Source: Cycas panzhihuaensis (Eukaryota > Plantae > Cycadophyta). From it: a stretch of 64,000 nt of DNA. The translations under genes were made by a program, and so were the position numbers. The notes under the pieces are model-generated. The model saw only the letters and a list, made by a program, of their open reading frames with translations, was not told the origin of the DNA and did not search any database. The stretch lies in contig CM041465.1 of the NCBI GenBank assembly GCA_023213395.1, positions 73,973,741-74,037,740 of the forward strand, given 5' to 3'. Shown here piece by piece: positions 25,464 to 40,500 of this stretch (positions within the stretch are counted from its first letter, which is position 1; each line of letters begins with the position of its first letter).

Positions 25464-26362
25464 TATTTAAATATTATTTGTAGGACTTTTGAGGCCTTAT
25501 ATACTATTATGTTACCTTTGCCTTTTTTCTAATGGGGTTTACACCTAATTGGGGCTAGCACATCCCCATCCTCTTTGTAATACAAGTTCATCTTAATTAT
25601 GATTGACTACTTCATTAAATAGTTAGAGGCAATCCTTTTGTCCTCTACCACTAGGAAAGTTGTCATCACATTCATCTTTGAATATATCATTTATTAATTT
25701 AGAGATGAAATATCCTAATCATAGATAATAGAACTCCATTATATAATAAAGATGTAGATAAACTTTGTGACAAGTTTCATATAAAATATTGGATAACATC
25801 TCCATACTACCCCAAGGTAAATATATAAATTGAGGTGTTTAATAAAACCTCAGTCTTAATCAAAGTCTCAATAAGACTTGCACACTTACTTATATCCTGC
25901 ACTTTGGGCTTATTGCACATTTGTCTATACTTCCATAGGTATGATGTCTTTCTCTTTTATATATAGGTTGGAAGTAGTTTTTTCACTTGAGCTAGAAGTC
26001 TCTTTGTTCATAGTATCCCTCAAAGGGTATACAAATAAAGAATGGTATTAGTAGGCTTACCTATTAAACTTGGAGACCCTAGACAAAACATGCCTAATAG
26101 TGTATTAATGAAATATACTTCCAAGGACAAGGCTAAAACCACATATGACAAACATGTGCAACCTCACAAATTTTCTCTTAGAGACAAAGTCCTCAAATTG
26201 GAATACCTATATGATTGACTAGCTAAATTTATGCCCAAGTGGGTAGGGCCATTTTTTGTGCTTGAGTATCTTTCTAATAGTGCTTATGAGATTGCCATAC
26301 TTAGAGAGCTCAAATTTGAAAAATATATCAAAGGGTAGTTTCTTAAAAGGTACTTCATTTGA
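25464..26362 (+). pseudogene. pol: T2 integrase core and C-terminus
   Basis: PFF*WG..LIG...KFILIMIDYFIK*LEAI...SPYYP...KFMPKWVGPF...FLKRYFI* (stop 26360-26362). Confidence 0.9.
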
Positions 26363-26601
26363 TGCTAAGTAATGAGGCTTTGAAATGAGTCTAAACTAGT
26401 CTACCTTATTAGGCATATCTCATGGGGCATCTAACTCTTTTATGAGTATAAATTAGAATTAGTACTTTGAGTAAGAGTACAAATTACATTCTCCTCCAAG
26501 CTATATGCTTAGGGTCATTACACTCTATAATAAGTATAAACTAGTTGTGCTTCGTCACAAGTATAAACTAACACATGTAAATATTATTCACAAAACTCAA
26601 A

Positions 26602-26654
26602 TCTCTCTCTCTTTATATATATATATATACATCTCTCTCTCTCTCTCTCTATAT

Positions 26655-26714
<60 letters not shown>

Positions 26715-26798
26715 CTATCTATATGTATGTATGTATGTATGTATATATATACACACACACACATATGTGTGTGTGTGTATGTGTGTATAGATATATAT
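26602..26798. repeat. Compound microsatellite (TC)n(TA)n(CA)n(TATG)n(TG)n
   Basis: Directly visible. Confidence 0.98.
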
Positions 26799-27189
26799 TC
26801 CTAAAAATACAAACAACCCTATGAGCGTAAACTAGTGTCGTACTAAAAAAATAGGATAAACTACTTTAATTAGAGATATGAATCTCATCAATTTGCTGTC
26901 AAATATATACTCAACTAATATGTAAGTGACCATATAAAACTATGACTATTAAACATCAAAGGCATATGCAATGATCATTTTTATTAACAATTATCCATGG
27001 GATCTATATATAAAACACACACATGTTGTAAATCAAAATTAAATAACATCCAAATCAAATATCCATATATATCATAATATCAAGGACCTCAAATTGATAT
27101 CCGATAAACATATACACATGAAAAATAGGTATGATATAACAAAAGTGTTGAGGGAGACTATACTTTTACAAGGGTATATAAATGCTCAA

Positions 27190-28826
27190 ATGAGCTCTAT
27201 GAACTCATACCCTAACCTCACAAAGTAGGTTTGACTCTCCTAAAATAATCATACAATAAGGACTATGAATCCCCCTCACTATCTCAAGATTCCCCCTTAT
27301 TGGTGGATCTACCATCATGATGTTATAGACTTTACGATTAGTGTTATCTATATGGGCCAACTTAGTTAGCCTTATCCAATGTTGGGTTCTCTCTCCATCT
27401 CATTCTTATTATATGGGTTTATGTGTATGATCATAATGACATGCTTGACATAAGCTCCAAGGCTTCTAATTGAGCCACAATGGTCTAGTCCTACTTCATT
27501 GTTAAGGCTACCTATGCTTGACCTCTTTATGTGATGGCTTGATCCTTCTCAATAGTTAGGAACTCAACTCTTACCTATAGTATAACTATCTATGCCTTAG
27601 TTCTAGGTGCCACTTATAATAAAACCACATCTTGGGATACCTACCCCTATAATTGAACTATCATTGCCTCATGCTAGGAAATAGTAATCTTATACTCAGT
27701 AATCATTACTTGATCTATTAGCCACATCACTACAACCCTTGTGAAAGGTGAAAAAACTATTATATGGGGTCGAACTAAAGTTGGGAGCCCAATATCCACC
27801 ATAGGAGGCTACCCTTCCTTGTAGACCTAGGGTAACATTGAATCTAACACCTAGTGCATGAAATTATGTGTCAATATCTTAGGATCTATAAAATAAAGAC
27901 AAAGGAGACTAGTTATGATATGATGATAATAATGTAAAACAATAAATCTAAATCAATTGAAATTACAAAGGAAAAAGGTGTGGATTAAGGGCATACCCTC
28001 TATATTTCCACCTCCATTACTTATCTTCTATGCTCTATTGCTTACAAGCTACTCTTGGCTATTGGCCTTATTGCCTCTAACTTTATTACTACCTCCCTCA
28101 CTAACCACCATCACTATAAGTTGTGGTAGAGTTGCATCCTCTTTGCCTTTGTCTCCTCCATTGCCATCATGACCTTCACCTCCATCTTGTCCATTTGCTT
28201 CCTTAGCTGTGACAATCTCATTTATATATAAGTCTAAATAGATCATAACATAGGGGTTCAAGGTAAATTTATTTATGCCTAGCTTATTGAGCGAGGTAGT
28301 GTATATGTTATGGCTCACGACCACTCCCTATATCAGTATTATGAATCTTGATGGCTACTTGTGGATGGTTAGATCATCTTACCCAAGTGGTTGTGTCCCT
28401 CCTTAAGGGTAGGTCCCTATGCAATAGTTGAAAAACTAATATAAGAGTAATGGATAGTAAGAAAGTCCTTCAAAGTTACTAGACCTAATCTTATCCAACT
28501 ATAATATAAGATTAACCACAACCAATATGGCTTAGTCAAAGTACTCCTTAGCCTCATAAGGACTTACACAATCCATCTATCCCCTTATAAACTCTAAGGA
28601 GCTTTGCCTTTAGGCAATCCTAAACAAAAGGGTATAGGGAATGAGTTTTTGTACTAATAGAACCTTGGTAGTGAGGCACTTAATAATATTGAACCCTTAT
28701 CCTACACCACACTAGTACCATAGAAGAATATAATTGCCTTATCATGGGCATTATGACTCCTAGGGAGTGCCCCTAACTTTGGAGGGGACCCAATATATAA
28801 GACCCCCAAAATCAACCCTCATCTTC
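27190..28826 (-). pseudogene. T2 antisense PMD-like gene (5' truncated), intron 27886-27996
   Basis: EDEGLILGVLYIGSPPKLGALP, YFD*AILVVVNL, VVSHNIYTTSLNKLGINKFTLNPYV and exon 2 NFMH*VLDSMLP*V...PMVDIGLPTLVRPHIIVF...VMW all align to the T1 gene. Phase-1 GTATGC...TATAG intron. Confidence 0.7.
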
Positions 28827-29729
28827 TAAGTGAAATAATAGTTAAGCAAGCTTGGGATATATTAAATACAACTTATGAAGGTGAAACAAGTACAAGATTA
28901 TAAATAATTATAAGGAACTTTAAAAATCTTAGAATACATACTTCTAAGTTAATTAGTGATTTTGTTAGTGGAATTTAAGACCTAGTAAATCAAATGCAAG
29001 CTCTAAGGGAATAAGTCTAAAAAAAAAGAGTCATAGAGAAAATTCTAAGGTGTGCAACTGAAATTAAGAAGTTAGAGAATATTACAACAACCATAGAAGT
29101 CACTAAAGACTTGTCTATACTTACAATTGATTAACTACTTGCCATGCTACTCATAGTAAAGGAAAGAAAGTAAAGTTCCAATGAGAATTTGGAGTAAGTG
29201 TTTGCCTCGATGGCATTATTGAGGGGGAGATTTAGTGAAGGTGTGTGAATTAGTCTCAACACCAACCCAAGATAGAATTACACATATTACATGAAAAAAG
29301 GATTAATATAAGAAGATTGAATTCATCAGATCCCCAAATCCAAATCACATTTTATTAATCATATAATAAGATTATATTGCATTGGTATTGAGCCTCATAT
29401 ATACATTAAATTATAGTTATGAGAGAGACTTTTGAGAATATTAAACAGTTGATCATGCAATGTAACATTTAGCACCTTATATGATCAACTTTGCATAAAT
29501 GTTATAATGCATTATTGAGTATAATAGACCCTACACACTTAATCTCATAACTTTATATTATAACTTAACATATTTATGAGATTAATGCCTATAGAATGCA
29601 GTAACATACTAACATGATTTTGATATTATAAATACACATTATATTACAAAAGATCGAAGAGAATTAATGAAATTAACATTAATTCTTCTATGACTCTTCC
29701 TTGATGATAAGTTCATTAAATCATTTATC

Positions 29730-32700
29730 ACAAGAACGTACCATCATAAAGATGTTTGTAATTTGTTTATTGATTAACTTATAGATCAAATCTATCTCAC
29801 CATCTTGAACATACTCCTTGATAAAGTAATGGTAAATCTTAGTATGCTTTGTCCTTACATGGAATATAGGATTCTTAGTCAATTTAAGAACACTTAGATT
29901 ATTATAAAAGATAGTAGTAGATTTTGTTTAATTAATTCCAAGTTTTTTAAGAATCTTTCTAAGTTAGATAGCCTCAGTAACTACATTAATAACTACTTTG
30001 TACTCTATTTTAGTGGAAGATAAAGTGACATTAGGTTGATTTTTATAACTCTAGAAACTTGAGGTAGAACCCAGATTAAAATAATAACCTGAGGTTGATC
30101 TATGACTATGTTTGCATCCAACCCAATTAACATCTATGTAACCTATTAATAAAGGATTATCTATATGATAGTAATCAAGTCTAAATTAGAGTGTACCCTA
30201 AATATATCTTAGGATCCTTATAACTACTTTCTAATATGAAGTCTTAGGTTAAGTTATAAACTTTGAGTAGATCCTAGCTACATATGAAATATTAAGTCAA
30301 TTATGTATAAGGTAAATTAATTTTCTTACTAGTTTCTTATGCAAAGTAGGATCCATATGTTTACTACACTCATCAATGTTTAGCTTTAATCTAGTCTCTA
30401 TAGGAGTTGGTGATGGCTTGTATTCCCCCATTTTAAAATTTTGAAGGATCTCCCTTACATATTTATATAATGAGAGGAAGATATAGCTTGGCTACTACTA
30501 GAGTTCCATGTCAATAAAGTAATGAAGCAACTTGAGGTCAGTCATCTCAAAGCTGGTGCTTGATTCTCCTCGAAGATATGCAATCCATTCTATGTCATTG
30601 CTAATTATTAACAAATCATCAATATAAAGTACACCCAGAATGATCAAATTATTATGGATTCTATATATAAATTTAGATTTGAGGATGACTGTATAAGTTC
30701 ATACTTCTAAAAGTACTCATATATTTTTATGTACCAAGTATGAGGTGACTACTTAAGGTTATAAAGAGACTTTTTCAACTTGTAAACTAGGTGTTCCTTC
30801 TTAATAATAACATAGTTATGAGGTTGATTCAAATATGTTTCCTCCTACAAATTACCATTTAAAAATGTGCTTTTTACAAACATTTAAAAAGTAGGCCAAT
30901 TAAGTTGAGCTGCTAAAGCCAATACAAGCCTAATAGTGGTCATGTTGGTAACTGATGTAAATGTGTCCTCATAATCAAAACCCTTAATCTGCTTAAAACC
31001 TTTAGTAAGAAAACATGCTTTATGATATTAGATGGAGTCATCTACATGAAATTTTGATTTGTATATTCATCTGCAATCAATAGGTTTCTTTCCTTTAGGC
31101 AACTCAACCAAATCCTCAGTGTTATTTTATAAAATGGAATCCATGTATTCATTCATAACTACTTTCTAATTTTAATCTATAATAGATTTTTCAAAAGTGG
31201 TAGGTTTAGGAGTTGATAATACTTCTTCCATTAAGGTGAAGTTAGTGGATGACCTATATTTAGATTAACTCTTACTCTACTATAATAGTTATAGAGTAGA
31301 AGAGATCGTTTACAAATACTATTTAAGGAGCTTCTTTGAAGTGACTTCATTTTAAATATCTTTCATAAGACTGGCTAATATGTATCTTGAAGTAGAGATA
31401 GTTGGTATAAATGAAGTACTAGGAGTATATGATTTTGAAAGAGGTAATTTTTCTATAGGAATATTTTGACGAGCAAGAGGAGGAGTAGGAGCTTCTGTAG
31501 ATTGATCATCAAAGAATGATAGTTAAATGATATCTAAGTCCTAGTTCTCTTTTAAAAAGATGACATCTTAAGATGTGTACATTTTCTTAATAGTAAGATT
31601 ATAAAGCTTGTATGCTTTGCAACTAGGTTGATAACTAATAAAAAATACATTTCCTGCTTTATCATCTAACTTCTTCATTTATTCTTTCAGTATGAGCATA
31701 TATGATGTATAACCATAGGTACAAAAATGTGAGACCATGGTTTTTTGAATTAATCAGGCCTCCATAGGAGTAATATTTAAAACTACCTTGGTTAGAATTT
31801 AATTTATGAGGTAAGCAATTGTGTTAAGGGCTTCAACCCAAAATTAAAGTCTTAAAATTTTAGCAACAAGCATGGATTTATGTTTTCTAAATAAGGTCTA
31901 GTTTATTCTCTTAATAACTCCATTTTGTTGAGGTGTATAAGGGGTAAAAAACTATCATTTAATGTCATTATCCTTATAGAACTGAGTGAATTCTCTATAT
32001 GTGTATTCACCTCCATTATCACATTGAAGGATTTTAATTGGCCTTCTAGATTCCATTTTAATGCCATGCTTCAGCTCTTTAATTTTTTTGAATGCTTTTG
32101 ATTTCTACTTCAAGAAATAAATCCAAACTTTTTAGAAATAATCATCAATAAATATAATGAAATATCAACATCCACCAAAGGATGCTTATGACATGGGCCC
32201 ATAAATATTATGATGTATTGGAGCCAAAGGTTCCTTAACATGCTAGGCTCTTCCATCTAACCTAAATAGAGCCTGATGATGGTTGCCCATAATACAAGCC
32301 TCATAAACACATTTAATCTACTTTATATTTTGTATTTTATACACCATATTTAGTTTGTAAAGCAAATAAAGGCTATTCATATTCAAACGACCTAGGTGTT
32401 TATGCCAAAATAGGTCTTTTGGAAGTCTTTGTAAAATAAGTGCTTTTGAAGTGAGTTGTTCATCTATATTTGAAATTGAAGTAAAAATATTTGAAGTAGA
32501 AGTTGAATTACTATAAGAGCTAGTTTTAGTTGGTAGGATTAAAATTCTAGAAATTGTATCAAGCTTATATAATCCATGGTCTTCATATCCTAAGGTAATC
32601 AAATTACCATTCAAATTTATAATCAAATATTTTTTAAAGTAACTAAACAAAACATTAAAGTTTTACTTCTTTATCAGGCTAACTAATAACAGGTTGCATG

Positions 32701-33985
32701 TCATACTAAGTACATAAAAGACATTGTTAAGATGATATCGAATGTCAAAATTCTTCAAGATATAGGAGCATTGGTAATCTTGGAAACCTTCAAAATAATA
32801 TCATCCCCAAAAGTAACCAATTGGTCCTATAACCTTGTGTCTATAAGTAATTCTTCATAACTTATTATATGTTGAGAGGTTATTGAATCTATAAACTAGG
32901 ATTTATCAGAATATTGAGCTATTGATACAATAAAGAAAAGGTTTTATGAGTCTGGCATATGGCCACCTTGATTCTAATTTTATCTCTGATTACGATTTTT
33001 ATTTTACTAGTTACCTCGAGGAGGATTTTAATTTTGTCTCCTAGGTCCTTAATAGTTATTCTAGTTTTGCCTTTATGGTCCTTGATAATTACCACGTCTA
33101 TGATATTGATTACCTCATATGGTAATATGATTCTAAAACTATTATTATTATAGGTCAACTTTTTTCTTCCTACAATCAAGAGTAATATGTCTAGGTTTAC
33201 TACAATAGTGACAAACAACCTAAGTAGGATATTGTAGTTGTTACTAACATTACTAAAAAGGATGTTGGTTTAAAATCATTAAATGGAATTGCCAAGTTAA
33301 GTATAGACATTATTGTCTTCCTCTATAATATGCTACAAATGATGGAGTGGAAGAAGAGGTACTTGAATTTTCCAATCTATTTAAAATGCATTCCTCTTTA
33401 AGTAGAAGACCCTCAAATATGTTGAAGTCAAGTGTAGTAAGATGATCCACATGAGATAAATTAGATATGAGGGAATTATATCTAGCTGGCAAAATATTAA
33501 CTATATAAGATATGAGATGACTATCATCTGGAGGCTAATCCATAACACTTAATCAATTCTTGATTGATTCAATCTATGTTAAATACATTATAATAGATCT
33601 AATAAATAAAATAGAATTGAGTTGGGCTTTAAGCATGATAACTCTTGCATTATCTTTCCTCTCATAAAGTGCACAAATGATATTCTAAACATTGACAAAA
33701 GTAGGGGAAAGTTCAATATTTTATTCAAAATCATCTTCATAGGATAAGTGTAATAATGATAAGGTAACTTCATCAAATTCTTTGAATGTGGTTATAACAT
33801 TAGGATTGATAGGAATAACAATATCAAGATCATTGGGATCTTGGGGGTCTTTAGGTATAGGAATTTCCCTTGAAACATAAGCCCATAATTTATTTATTAT
33901 TAAAATATTTTTGACTTATTTCTTCCAAGCCAAGAAATTATCACTACCAAATAGTTTAATTATATTGGTTATAACCATTTGAAGT
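29730..33985 (-). pseudogene. gag-pol: C3 gag-pol remnant
   Basis: GSDNFLAWKK gag start; FWHKHLGRLN; PYTPQQNGV; RT LYIDDLL; RNase H FHVRTKH. Confidence 0.9.
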
Positions 33986-34553
33986 GCTATTATATCTAGG
34001 GTATATGTCTTATTTGCCTAAAAAGATATGTTAGTTTAGTATCTATAGTCTTTGTGTCTCTTTCCCTAATAGCCCTTGGAAGTTGAGATGATTATGTTTG
34101 ATGTGTACCTACTCATAAGTGGCAACTTCAGGACTTAATATTCCTAAAGATACATGGGTACTATAGAAGTCTTGGTTGCCTCCTCGATACTATTAACCCA
34201 CTTAGGCCAAATTTATGGCTTGAATAACAAATCCTCATCTAAGGGCACATTTAACAACCAAGGCATTCACCCTCTTTAAATAACTGATATCTTTCTCTAT
34301 TGTTTATAGTGTTTGAGAAAACTCACTAGCATGTGTAAAGTGGTAACTTCAGTGGTCCTAAGCATTCCCCTTATAAGCTAGGTAAATAAGGTTGTTCAAT
34401 TAAGAGTTTTTCTTTTTTTCAAGTTTATTTTTTAAAGATTTTATGACTAAAACATTAAAAGTTTTGTGTTTTAAGTAGTATTATATGAAAATAGGAAAAA
34501 ATACTATAAAAGAAACTAAAAAACTACCTTAAACTAACTGAAAAAGGGGCTTA

Positions 34554-37500
34554 TGTTGGACTGAGGAGTAAAGTAGGCTGAATACAAAATCACGTATCCA
34601 TGTTTACAGAGTAATTACTTTATGTAAATTATTTAGTAGTGTTAAAAAACACTAGGGAGATATTCCCCTCAAATATATAGTTTGGGGAGGTGGTAGATTA
34701 TCTCAACCCAACATAGTAACAAATAATTAAAAGGTAAATAAAATAATATATGATACATACCTGATCGGTTGTTGGTGGTTGCATGGAAGCTCTTGGTGGC
34801 TGCATGGCAACTCTTGGTGGCTCAAGTAGTCATTTGGGGGCTTAAGATCAACTTGCACACCCTTTAACAATGGGCATTGTCCCAAATTTCTCCCCTATAA
34901 TATCCATTGTATAGAACTCCAAGTTTATCTCTGAATTTGTGAAACTTAATCTTTCCCAATGGCTTTGTGAATATATCGATTGTTTAATCTTCAGTGTTAT
35001 AATATACCAACTCGATTTTACCTACTTGAACTAATTCTTGAATGTAATAATGTTGAGTTTTAATGTGCTTAGTTTTTCCATGAAATACTAGATTATAAGC
35101 TATCTAAATAATGATTTGATTGCCACACTAAATTTTAGTTGGCCCTTTTTGTTCCATCTGAAAGTCTTATAGGAGTTGTTGTAGCCACACAATTTCATAT
35201 ACACCTGAGACTACTACTTTATATTCCGCTTCTACTGTAGATAGGAAAATGATATTTTATTTCTTGGGCTCCATGCTATAGCTACTGAACCCAAACTAAA
35301 AGTGTAACCTAAAGTAGATTTCTTGTCATCAATGTCACCTACCCAATCAGAATCTGTATACCTAGTCAATCTAAAATTTGGTGAAGATTTATAATGCAAC
35401 CCATATTCTATTGTGCCTTTGAGGTATCATAAGATCCTTGTTACTGCTTGCTAATAAGTAGTCTTGGGATCTTGCATAAATATAGATACTACACTAACCA
35501 CATGCATAATGTCTAGTTATATTGAAGTTAAATAAATCAAACTACTAATTAATTATCTATAGAGTGTGAGATCCATAGGAGCAGGACCATTAAATTTAGA
35601 TAGCTTGATTCCAACTTCAGGTAAAGTTGCTAGAGGTTTATAATCATTCATCTTGAACCTTTGAAGTAAGTCCAAGGTGTACTTCCTTTGAGAAATAAAG
35701 ATGCTATTTTTATCTTACCATACTTCCAAATCTAAGAAGTAATGCTTTAAACCCAAATCTGTCATCTCAAATTCATTACATATATCTTCCTTAAAGTTTT
35801 GTAAAAGGTAGGAGTCATTTCCAATGTAGATAAGATCATTTGCATAAAGTCTCACTATTAGAATGGAGTCTCCTTTGATCTTGATATACATAATTAGATT
35901 TGATTGAGATCTTTCAAATCCTTGATCTCTAAAATATCTATCGATTCAAGAATACCATGCCTTAGAAGCTTGCTTTAAATCATAGAGTGCCTTTTTAAGC
36001 TTATACACTTTGTCTTCTCCTCCCTTGACTTCAAACCTTGAGGTTAAGAGACATAGATATCTTCTTCAATGCATCCATTAAGAAATGTGCTTTTAACATC
36101 CATTGGCGAATATCCCATCCCATTTGTGCAACCAAACTCATCATCATATGAATAGTTTCCATATGTGCAACAAAGGCAAATGTTTCACTATAATCAATGC
36201 CTTGTCTTTAGGCATACCCTTTTTCTACCAATCTAGCTTTATGTTTGTCAATTAATCCATTAGATTAGAATTTGGTTTTGTAATCCCACTTGGTACCAAT
36301 GGCCTTTTTGTTGGGAGGAAGGTCAACTAATTCCCAAGTATCATTTCTCACTATGGAGTTGTATTCTTCCTCCATTGCTTTTCTCCAAGTATCATGTATA
36401 TTAGCCTCGTTAAATGTATGAGACTCATGGGTTTCCATTACTTGACTCATAAGGGCAAAATTCATCTTATGGGCATGAGTAGATCTTTGATTATAATCAT
36501 TGTCCAAGATATTGTCCATATCATGGTTCCTTTAAATCCATTTAGGTAATCTTTGTGGTGGAGGTTAAGAAGAGGTTTCCTCCCCACTTAATATATCATT
36601 GGTTTGTCTTGATTCCTACCTAGGTGGCACATATTTAGACCTAGTAAAGGAATCAAGATTTATTATGACATTATTCCCTTTATTTTAATTATAATCAATG
36701 TGGTAGTAATCGTCTTCTTAGAATTTGACATCTCTATTCACCATGAATTTTTAAGATTTGGGATCATAGGCCTTATGAGATTTGGAGGCATCATTATACC
36801 CAATGAATATACATTTTGTGTTATGATCATCTAGCTTAGGCCTTCTTTGTTTAGGAATATGAGTATAGGCTAAGCATCTAAAAACTCTTAAATGGTAGAT
36901 ACTAGGTTTGTATGTAGTCCAAGATTCTTTAAGAGTCATCTACCTAAGTGCTTTTGTGGTACACCTATTGAGTAAATAAATAGCAGTGTGAATTGCTTTA
37001 GCCTAAAATTCATGTCCTAATGTTTTATTTTTTAACATACATCTAGCCATCTTGACTATGGTATGGTTCTTCCTTTCAGCTATACCATTTTTCTAGGGGG
37101 TGTAGGGATTTATAAGTTGTCTCCTTATTCCATGATGTGTACAATGGGCCTTGAACTAATTGGAGATGAACTCTTCCTCATTATCTTATCTTAAGGAGAG
37201 GATTTTTTATCCACTTTGTCTCTCCACATAGGTTTTAATGTCGATAAAGTGTTGGAATGCATCTGACTTGAACTTTAGGAAATAGACCCAAGTTTTTCTT
37301 ATAAAATTATCAATGAATGCGATGAAATATCTAGCTCCTTCCAATGAGGGATCATCCATGGGGCCACAAATATCTATGTAGACTAGTTGGAGAGGTCCAT
37401 TTGCTCTATAACTACTATCTAAAAAACTTTCTCTATGTTGTTTTCTAAGGAGGCACCCTTCACAAATATTTTTATCCACTTCAATATATTGTAACCCATC

Positions 37501-40500
37501 AACCATATCTATCTTCTTCATTAGAGCCAGACTATTATAATTTAAGTGTCCAAATCTCTTGTGCCACCTATCACTGTCAAGCTTGAATATTTTTCTTAAA
37601 GCATAAGTGTAAAAAAGAGTAAGGACTAGCTTGAAAAGTTTGTCCTTGGTTATTTTGCCCTTGGCAACTACTGCCTTATTCTTCCTTTTATCTTTTATGG
37701 TGCATTCTCTATTGTCAAATATGACTTTGTAATCCTAACCCATCATCTATCCTACTAATAAAAGGTTCTTCTTCAAGGCTGGGACATAAAGTACATCATC
37801 AAGATATCAGTTTTTCTTGATTTTGTTTGTAGAACTATATTACCCCTTCTAATAAACTCATGAGAGGTGTCATCACCAAACATAATGGACCCCTTTTTCA
37901 TTTAATCTATAGTTTACAATATATATTATTTATGGGTCATATGGGTGGAACAACCTGAATCTATATACTAACTATTATCTTCTTCTTTTTTAGTAATAAA
38001 ACTAGATAGAAAGAGTCAATTGTTCTTCTTTTCTTCTACAACTATATTGGCACTTCCTTTAGTTGGTGGATCATGTTTGGCAAAATATTTATCTTCTGTG
38101 TGACTAACTCGATTGCAAAATGTGTAATAAAGTAAATCTCTTCTTCTAAAGCTAAGTCTTCTGTTGTGAGGATAGGACCTATTAATATGGGATGGTCTTC
38201 CTCTTTTCATCAATGGGGCTTGATTATCCCTTTGTTTGTTATTAGGATAATTGAGGTTGGTCCTTTGAGATTGCATGTCCCCTTAACAATTTGGACAACA
38301 TTGGTTTATCCTATGATTCCTTTCTTAACTTTGCTATCTATTGTGGCTAGTATTTCTTTGATTAGCTCCTTATCATTTTTGATGTGGAGCTTGATACTTT
38401 AGTTACTTTTCTTGGCAGATTTCTTATCTAGGGTTTCTATTTCTCCCTTTTGAGGATTGGTCCCTAGATTTAGAGGTACCAGCTTGAGAATTTGATTATA
38501 TCCTTGCTTTGGTTATAAAGACATGTTTAAGTGATTCATTTATATTCTATTATTCCTCAATTATCATCAATAGGGTACTTAGTTATTCTATTTTTAATGT
38601 ACTCAAGTCCTTTGATACTTTGATATTAGTTGCTACCATTTAAATCTTTTCATTACACTAAAACATCTTAGGATTCATTCAACCACTCTTTGCTTAGTCA
38701 ATATATCCATAATAGATCTCATTTGATTAACAATATCTTACACCTTGGTCATGAATTCAGTTACTGATTCATTAGGCATCATCCTAAGATTTTCAAATTT
38801 GCTCCTTAGAGTTTGTAATTTGGATGAAGTAACCCCTTCATAGATCAGCTATAAGGTGTTCCGAGCTTCTTTAGATTTTGTTGACTCACTTACTCTAGGA
38901 AATATATGGTCTTCAAGTGCATAAAATATCAATGCAAGTGTCTTCTTATCCTTCTTGACATTCTCTTTGTAAGCTAGTTTCTCAAGATCTGTTGGATTTT
39001 ATCTTAATTCTATATACCCTATTCTCACAATATCCCACATATCATTAGCTATGAGGATGGGTCTCATCCTCCTACTCCAATTTAAAAAATTAAAACTATC
39101 AAACTTAAGAATAATCATATTATCAAAGTTGGTTACTATTGTTTCTCAACTAAGGTTTTGATAAATGTCCTTCAATAAGAATACCCTTAAAATATATTTG
39201 TCTAAATCAGGTTTTAAAAATTATCCCAAAAAATAAAGTTTTATAGTTATCCCTAAATGTTTAATAAGTGTCCTAGTCCCTAAAAAGGTTTTTAGGCTCT
39301 AAGTTTAAGTGTCTCCAAGTGAAGCCTTCAGTTGCTATCATGTCTAGTAGCACTTACCCACAAGTGGTAAACCAGGGACCCAATACACCTGTACATGAGT
39401 TCTTAGTTTAATATACCTTAGTATACAAGCTTCTAAGAAGGTGTTATGACCCTCGTGATTTGTGTGTCCACTTACACTAGTCTTATGCCTAGTGATAGAT
39501 CTAGTTGTGATGGATTTGCTAACCAAGGTACTTACCCTCTCTAGGTCTAGCCTTGGTGTCTAAGCTCTAGAAATAGATAGGTTCTTCACCTTAGCCTACC
39601 ACCTAATACACCTGATAACTAGTGATGTTCCTCATCCAATATAAGTAGGCCAAAGGCATGCATGTGGTGGTAACTTTAGGGGTCCTAACCATTCCCTTTG
39701 CAAGGTTAGAAATAGGGTGGTTGATTAAGGTGATTATCTTTTTTAATGTGAGAAAAATAAGTATTTAATGTAGTCTTGCTTAGACAATAAAGGGTTCCTT
39801 TCAAGATCAACAAATGAAAGAAACTTTAATAAGCAAGACTAAATACTTTTTTAAATGAAAAGGATAAATAATACCTTTGAATTAATTCATTATGAGAAAT
39901 GAAGTAAAAGATCAAAATATTTCTTCTTAATGAAGTAATATGAATACAAATATGTAAACTATTATCTTTTAACTTGAAAAATACTCCTTAAACAATAATG
40001 TAAGTAACTTTATTTAAAAGAAAACTATATGCACCTTTTCTTAAAGGATTTAATGAATCAATGAGGAGTAAAGAATATGAACCAAAAAACTAAACCTTTT
40101 AGTATCCAAATCCCTTTTAAACAAGATAGCTAAATGATCCTTAGAGAGTGCAAGATAAGTAACCCTTTTGAAAAATGAAGACCAATGTTCAACTTGTAAT
40201 ATTTTCAAGTAATGATGAATATAAGAGGCTTTAAAATGAAAAACTATGTATGCATGTAAAAAGATATAATGAGATACTAAAATGAGCCTTAAAAACTTAA
40301 AAGAGCCAAAAAATAACTTACAACTATGCAATGTAATGTAGTTATGAAGCTTCAAAAAATATAATGGATTTAAGGCAAATAAAATATTCCTTTAACTTGT
40401 AAATTAGTGAGCTCAAGATATATAAAGTTTCTAGCAAATGTTTCTAGAAGTGATGTAAATTAAATAAAGAAATACTCTTTTGTAGATTCATAGGTAAACT

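Larger units (their letters stand above)
25464..28826 (+). mobile_element. T2: fragment of a second Tat/Ogre-like gypsy element (integrase plus 3' region), truncated on the right
   Basis: Integrase homologous to T1's; gagt(a/c)taaacta-type repeats after the stop (26387-26570, 26823); antisense PMD-like gene. Confidence 0.85.

Noticed and set aside
26505-26804. 99-aa ORF with HTHTHT
   Set aside because: Translation of a microsatellite.
40050-40355. 101-aa ORF in the C4 leader
   Set aside because: Very AT-rich, TTG start, no second copy or motif to support it.
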